Assembly: GCA_029571495.1 (NCBI GenBank)
Contig: JAKPSO010000282.1
Location: 1-38,444, forward strand
Source: Pseudomonadota bacterium
GTDB lineage: Bacteria; Pseudomonadota; Gammaproteobacteria; Burkholderiales; Casimicrobiaceae
DNA: 38,444 bases
Direction: 5' to 3'
The notes below the pieces were generated by a model. It was not told the origin of the DNA, did no database searches, and worked only from the letters and a program-made list of their open reading frames with translations. The translations under genes were made by a program, and so were the position numbers. Shown piece by piece: positions 34,003-38,444 of the stretch (its first letter is position 1; every line of letters begins with the position of its first letter).

Positions 34003-35613
34003 TCATCGTCCCAGAACGCAATCTGGCGCGACACAAATCCGGTCGCGGCCACTTTGCTTGGCGGCGTACAGAGCGCCATCGGCGGCTTGTAACAGCGTGG
34101 CCAATGGCGCGGTCGCTGGGCCGGTTGCGATGCCTGCGCTAAGTGTTAGTTGCAAGGCTTGGCTCGCGCTCGGCCAGTCGATGTGGGCCACTGCGCTTCG
34201 GAGTCGTTCCGCGATGACGGTCGCTTCGTCGGTGCTCGCATCAATGAGTAACACGACGAACTCCTCGCCGCCCCACCGAGCCAAGTGATCGGCGCTGCGG
34301 CACGCGCCGCGCAATGCTGATGCCACACCGCGAAGCGCTTCATCTCCCACGAGATGGCCGTAGACGTCGTTGATCCGCTTGAAGTGGTCTATGTCGGCCA
34401 AAATGATTGACAGTGTGCGCGCACCGGATGCGACGGCACGTTCGACCGTTAGCTCAAACCCTCGACGATTAACCAACCCCGTCAACGCGTCGGTTTGTGC
34501 TAACTCGCGCAAGCCGTCGGCCCTTTCTTGAAGCTGCCGCTGAATCTCGCCACTTCTTGCGATAGCGCTGCTGTGATCGAGCTGGTCAATGCGCCGCAGC
34601 GCTTCGCCGTCTTGTATCTCGCGGTCAATGCGCCGCACGGCCTTGAGGTGAGCGAAAGCGCTGGGAATGTCGCCCGTTCGTTCGTAGCACTCGACCAAAA
34701 GGTTTCGCGCGTCTCGCTCCGACGGCAGGTACCCGTACTGCATCGCCAACGACAAACTACGGTGCGCAAACTGACTTGCGCTGGCCGTATTGTCGGCGTC
34801 CAGCCATGCACCCGCGATATGAAGCAGCGCTTCGCATTCGTCCTTCGGGGCCGGCAATTGATTAAAAATGTCAATCGCGCGTCCGCAATATGCGATCACT
34901 GCCGAGGTGTCGGACAGTAGTCGATGCGCGCGCCCGAGCTCGTTGAGGCACATGCCTTCAAGACGCCGACGTCCGGTCTTTTCCGCAAGCACTTTCGACG
35001 CTTCCAACAGTTTGACCGCCTCGAGCACAAGCCTTTCGCGACGCGCGCTTTCGTCGGTCGATAGACCATGAGCGACGCGAAGCTCAAGCACACCTTGGCA
35101 GTGAAGCGTGTTGGCTGCTGCTCCATCGTCACCAAGCTCGTTTTGCAAAGTAAGTGCCTGCGCGTAATTTCGTCGAGCACGGTCGTAATTTCCAACGCGC
35201 GCGCTGGCGATTCCCAATCCCGTCAGGCACCGGCTCTGTAATAGCGTGGCGTTGGCACGACTGGCAAACGTTGCGCCTTCCGCCAGCGCATCGATGGCGT
35301 GGACGTAATCGCCCGTGTCGAGCGCCATTTGTCCGCGCTGCATGGCCACTTCCGACAGGCCGAGATCGTTGCCGATGGCTTCAAACTGCGCCTGCGCCAA
35401 CGTCAACGCATCGGCCGCGCGTGCGTGCTGCGACCCCATGCGATAGAGCGCGCCTAGCCGCATTGCCGCGTGCGCTACCGCATTGTTGTCGCCCGAGACT
35501 TGGGCCAGCGCCATGGCTTGCTGGGCGACGGCGATGCCAGCCACAGACTCGCCGGCGAGCACGTGGCGTTCTGCTGCTGCGAGCAGTTGTGCGACGGCGT
35601 CGGGTTGATTCAT
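34003..35613 (-). CDS. TPR-domain diguanylate cyclase (GGDEF)
   Basis: TPR repeats; TDALTGLVNRR, DIDHFKRINDVYGHLVGD, RSAD I-site five residues before GGEEF, ADGALYAAKQSGRD. Start placed at ATG 35613. Confidence 0.93.
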   Translation of the reverse strand: MNQPDAVAQLLAAAERHVLAGESVAGIAVAQQAMALAQVSGDNNAVAHAAMRLGALYRMGSQHARAADALTLAQAQFEAIGNDLGLSEVAMQRGQMALDTGDYVHAIDALAEGATFASRANATLLQSRCLTGLGIASARVGNYDRARRNYAQALTLQNELGDDGAAANTLHCQGVLELRVAHGLSTDESARRERLVLEAVKLLEASKVLAEKTGRRRLEGMCLNELGRAHRLLSDTSAVIAYCGRAIDIFNQLPAPKDECEALLHIAGAWLDADNTASASQFAHRSLSLAMQYGYLPSERDARNLLVECYERTGDIPSAFAHLKAVRRIDREIQDGEALRRIDQLDHSSAIARSGEIQRQLQERADGLRELAQTDALTGLVNRRGFELTVERAVASGARTLSIILADIDHFKRINDVYGHLVGDEALRGVASALRGACRSADHLARWGGEEFVVLLIDASTDEATVIAERLRSAVAHIDWPSASQALQLTLSAGIATGPATAPLATLLQAADGALYAAKQSGRDRICVAPDCVLGR

Positions 35614-35689
35614 GCGCGAAGATCGAGAGCGGGTTTCGAGGTTCACCGCATTATTTCAGAGCAACGGTATGCAAGGATCGCGTTTGACC

Positions 35690-36505
35690 TTACTGCCATT
35701 TCCCCGTCGTCGTTCGCGGCAAATCCGCCAGATCCCGCTGCACGTCAACTTGAGAGAAACCAACTGCGCGAAAGAGCGCTGGAACACTTTCGCCTTGGTC
35801 AAATCCATGCTCAACGACAAGCCATCCGCCGTCGCGCAGGTGTTTGCGCGCGCCTTGTAAGAGCTGACGATAGCTCTCCAACCCGTCGATTGCATCGGCG
35901 AGCGCGATAGCTGGCTCGTAGCGAAGATCGCCTTGTGCGAGGTGCGCGTCGCCGGGCACGATGTAGGGCGGATTGCTGACGACGAGATCAAACTGCGCGG
36001 TGTCGCTGAGCGCAGCGAACCAATTGCTTTGGATGAATTCGATGTTGGTCGCACCCAGACGTTGCGCGTTTTCGCACGCAAGTGCGAGCGCGTCCCGTGA
36101 CACGTCAATCGCCGTGACTTGCGCACGCGGGCGTTCGAGCGCGAGCGTGATAGCGATGCATCCCGTGCCAGTGCCCACGTCGAGGATACGGGCGTCTTCT
36201 GTCGCCGTGATTCGCGTCAACGCAGCGTCGATCAGCAGCTCAGTCTCTGGCCGCGGAATCAGCGCTGCTGGCGTACAGTGAAACGCGCGCCCATAAAACT
36301 CGCGTTCACCCAGTAAGTACGCGACGGGTTCACCCGTAATACGACGCACGACGAGCGATTCGAATTCTCGCGCCGACGTGTCGTCCAATACGTCAAGATC
36401 ATGCGCGATGAGCCACGCGAATTCGCGTTGCAAAACGTGGCCGAGCAGCATGCGCAATTCAAGGCGCGGCAAACGGCGGTCGGAGAGGGCGGTGCGGATG
36501 TTCAC
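35690..36505 (-). CDS. prmC: Release factor glutamine methyltransferase PrmC (HemK)
   Basis: GEPVAYLLGEREFYG, LIPRPETE, LDVGTGTG, SNPPY. Start placed at GTG 36505. Confidence 0.96.
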   Translation of the reverse strand: MNIRTALSDRRLPRLELRMLLGHVLQREFAWLIAHDLDVLDDTSAREFESLVVRRITGEPVAYLLGEREFYGRAFHCTPAALIPRPETELLIDAALTRITATEDARILDVGTGTGCIAITLALERPRAQVTAIDVSRDALALACENAQRLGATNIEFIQSNWFAALSDTAQFDLVVSNPPYIVPGDAHLAQGDLRYEPAIALADAIDGLESYRQLLQGARKHLRDGGWLVVEHGFDQGESVPALFRAVGFSQVDVQRDLADLPRTTTGKWQ

Positions 36506-36527
36506 GCGGCACCGCAAGATACTGTGT

Positions 36528-36647
36528 ATGGCTTTTCGGCTGTAACGACCGCTTGGTGGCGGTTTAAGGCGAAAAAAGCGTTTAGTCGACTAATCGATAA
36601 ACGTGGCTTAAACGTCCGTCCAATGGTCGTTGCGCACAAAAAGCTGT
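36528..36647. repeat. 120-bp symmetric intergenic element, copy C
   Basis: ATGGCTTTT...AAAAGCTGT ends, CGACC-N7-GGCGG and CGTCC-N7-GGTCG boxes, perfect central AGTCGACT; between pyrF and prmC. Confidence 0.8.
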
Positions 36648-36664
36648 GACGCCCATTCCGATCT

Positions 36665-36691
36665 GTCATTCCCGCGGAGGCGGGAATCCAG
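36665..36691. repeat. REP-like palindrome of dRS3 pattern (ATTCCC-N8-GGGAAT)
   Basis: GTCATTCCCGCGGAGGCGGGAATCCAG; single copy in the window. Confidence 0.75.
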
Positions 36692-36743
36692 ACCGGCCGC
36701 AGTGGAGTTTCTCGGCGAGGCATGAAATGGTTACGCGTTGGCG

Positions 36744-37553
36744 CTAAACTGTCGCACCATCGGCAATCATCTGTTCCACCACGCCGCGTGCCGCGCGTGC
36801 GAAATCGTCGCCGCTGCTGGCGTACAGCACCGAGCGCGATGCGTTGATCACGAGCCCCGTGCCTTTGCTGTCGCGGCCCACGGCGACGGTGGCTTTCATG
36901 TCACCGCCTTGCGCGCCGACACCCGGTACGAGAAGCGGCATATCGCCCACGGCCTTGCGTACGTCGGCGATCACTTTCGGCACCGTTGCGCCGACCACGA
37001 GCGAGAGGTTTTTGTTGCCGTTCCACAGCGTCGCGGCCTTGCGCGCGACGTGCAAGTACAACGGCTCGCCGTCGATCAATTGCTCTTGCAAATCGGCACC
37101 GCCCGCGTTCGATGTGCGGCACAACAAAACCGTGCCTTTGTCGGCGTACTTCGTGAACGGCGCAATCGAATCGCCGCCGAGGTAGAGGTTCACCGTCACC
37201 GCGTCAGCGCGATAGCGCTCGAACGCTTCCACCGCGTAGAACTCGGCGGTGCTGCCGACGTCGCCGCGCTTGGCGTCGAGGATCACCGGCACGTGCGGGT
37301 AGCGATCATGGATGTAATCAATCGTCGCTGCGAGTTGGTCCTCGGCGGCCACCGCCGCGTAATGGGCGAACTGCGGCTTGTAGGCGCACACGATGTCGTG
37401 CGTGGCGTCGATGATCGCTTTGTTGAACGCGAAAATCGCGTCGGGGCGGTTGAACAGACGTTCGGGAAAGCGTTTCTTCTCAGGGTCAAGGCCCACGCAA
37501 ACGAGTGAACGGGAAGAGGCCCAAGCGTTGGTGAGTTTCTGCTGAAAAGTCAT
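36744..37553 (-). CDS. pyrF: Orotidine-5'-phosphate decarboxylase (type 2)
   Basis: LVCVGLDP, YKPQFAHY, ILDAKRGDVGST, CRTSN, LVVGAT, LLVPGVGAQGG, INASRS. Confidence 0.96.
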   Translation of the reverse strand: MTFQQKLTNAWASSRSLVCVGLDPEKKRFPERLFNRPDAIFAFNKAIIDATHDIVCAYKPQFAHYAAVAAEDQLAATIDYIHDRYPHVPVILDAKRGDVGSTAEFYAVEAFERYRADAVTVNLYLGGDSIAPFTKYADKGTVLLCRTSNAGGADLQEQLIDGEPLYLHVARKAATLWNGNKNLSLVVGATVPKVIADVRKAVGDMPLLVPGVGAQGGDMKATVAVGRDSKGTGLVINASRSVLYASSGDDFARAARGVVEQMIADGATV

Positions 37554-37597
37554 GGGTCTATCCTCGTTGTTATGAAAATTCGTTCGGCGGTGCGCGG

Positions 37598-38443
37598 CTA
37601 GTTCGCACCTTCCATTGCCGACATCTGCTCGGCTTGGTGCTCGGAAATCAGCGCGTCAACCATGTCCCCGATTTCGCCGTCCATTATGAAATCGAGTTTG
37701 TATAGCGTGAGGTTAATGCGATGGTCCGTCATGCGGCCCTGCGGGTAGTTGTAGGTGCGGATGCGCTCGCTGCGATCGCCCGAACCCACGAGCGACTTGC
37801 GCAACCCCGCTTCTTTCGCGTGTGCCGCTTCGCGTTCGCGCTCCAACAGGCGCGAAGCGAGCACTTCCATCGCGCGCGCTTTGTTTTGGTGTTGTGAGCG
37901 TCCGTCCTGACACTCCACCACCACGCCTGTCGGTACGTGCACGATGCGCACTGCTGAATCGGTTTTGTTGATGTGCTGACCACCGGCGCCGGAGGCGCGG
38001 AAGGTGTCGATCCGCAAGTCCGACGGGTTGATCGTAATGTCCTTGATCGGATCGGCTTCGGGCAGGATCGCCACGGTGCAGGCGCTCGTGTGAATGCGGC
38101 CCTGCGCTTCGGTCGCAGGCACGCGCTGCACGCGGTGCGTCCCGGATTCAAACTTCAATTTCGAGTACGCGCCTTGACCGACGATGCGCGCAATCACCTC
38201 ACGATAACCGCCCAGCTCGCTCTCATTCGACGAAACGATTTCCACTTGCCAACGCTGCCGCTCGGCAAAGCGCGTGTACATGCGAAGCAAATCGCCCGCG
38301 AACAGCGCGGATTCATCGCCACCCGTGCCTGCGCGAATTTCAAGAAAAATATTGCGCTCGTCGGCCGGGTCTTTCGGCAGCAGCGCAATGGTCAGCTCTT
38401 TTTCGATGCGCTCGATGTCGGTCTTCGCAGCCTCGATCTCTTC
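37598..38443 (-). CDS. prfA: Peptide chain release factor 1, 5'-truncated by window edge
   Basis: [25 protein letters not shown] (PxT of RF1), [27 protein letters not shown]; frame stays open to the window end. Confidence 0.98.
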   Translation of the reverse strand, partial: EEIEAAKTDIERIEKELTIALLPKDPADERNIFLEIRAGTGGDESALFAGDLLRMYTRFAERQRWQVEIVSSNESELGGYREVIARIVGQGAYSKLKFESGTHRVQRVPATEAQGRIHTSACTVAILPEADPIKDITINPSDLRIDTFRASGAGGQHINKTDSAVRIVHVPTGVVVECQDGRSQHQNKARAMEVLASRLLEREREAAHAKEAGLRKSLVGSGDRSERIRTYNYPQGRMTDHRINLTLYKLDFIMDGEIGDMVDALISEHQAEQMSAMEGAN

Positions 38444-38444
38444 T

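Overview
GC-rich bacterial chromosomal window; gene content suggests a betaproteobacterium (inference, no search run). Left: DUF1800/DUF1501 pair, ompR-envZ-like two-component system and a divergent Spy/CpxP-like gene. Middle (~5.6-21.8 kb): an accessory block with a ~2390-aa secreted protein (transglutaminase-like domain lacking the catalytic Cys, Ig-like and propeller repeats, dockerin-like tail), a divergent winged-helix/TPR regulator, a four-gene operon ending in a sterol desaturase-family gene and an IPTL-CTERM surface protein, and two tandem cytoplasmic TPR histidine kinases with a NarL/LuxR regulator. Right: mostly housekeeping genes (putative sRNA, bepA-like, moaC, comEC, deacylase, ABC binding protein, aldehyde dehydrogenase, ychF, yqiA-like, lipoprotein, TPR-GGDEF, prmC, pyrF, partial prfA). 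The most unusual signal is non-coding: three dispersed intergenic copies (22071-22190, 26802-26921, 36528-36647) of an exactly 120-bp dyad-symmetric element. They align without gaps at only ~60% identity and conserve ACAGCTTTT/AAAAGCTGT ends, two CGACC-N7-GGTCG boxes and a central AGTC|GACT. Several other REP-like repeat families are present. All calls come from reading motifs by eye.
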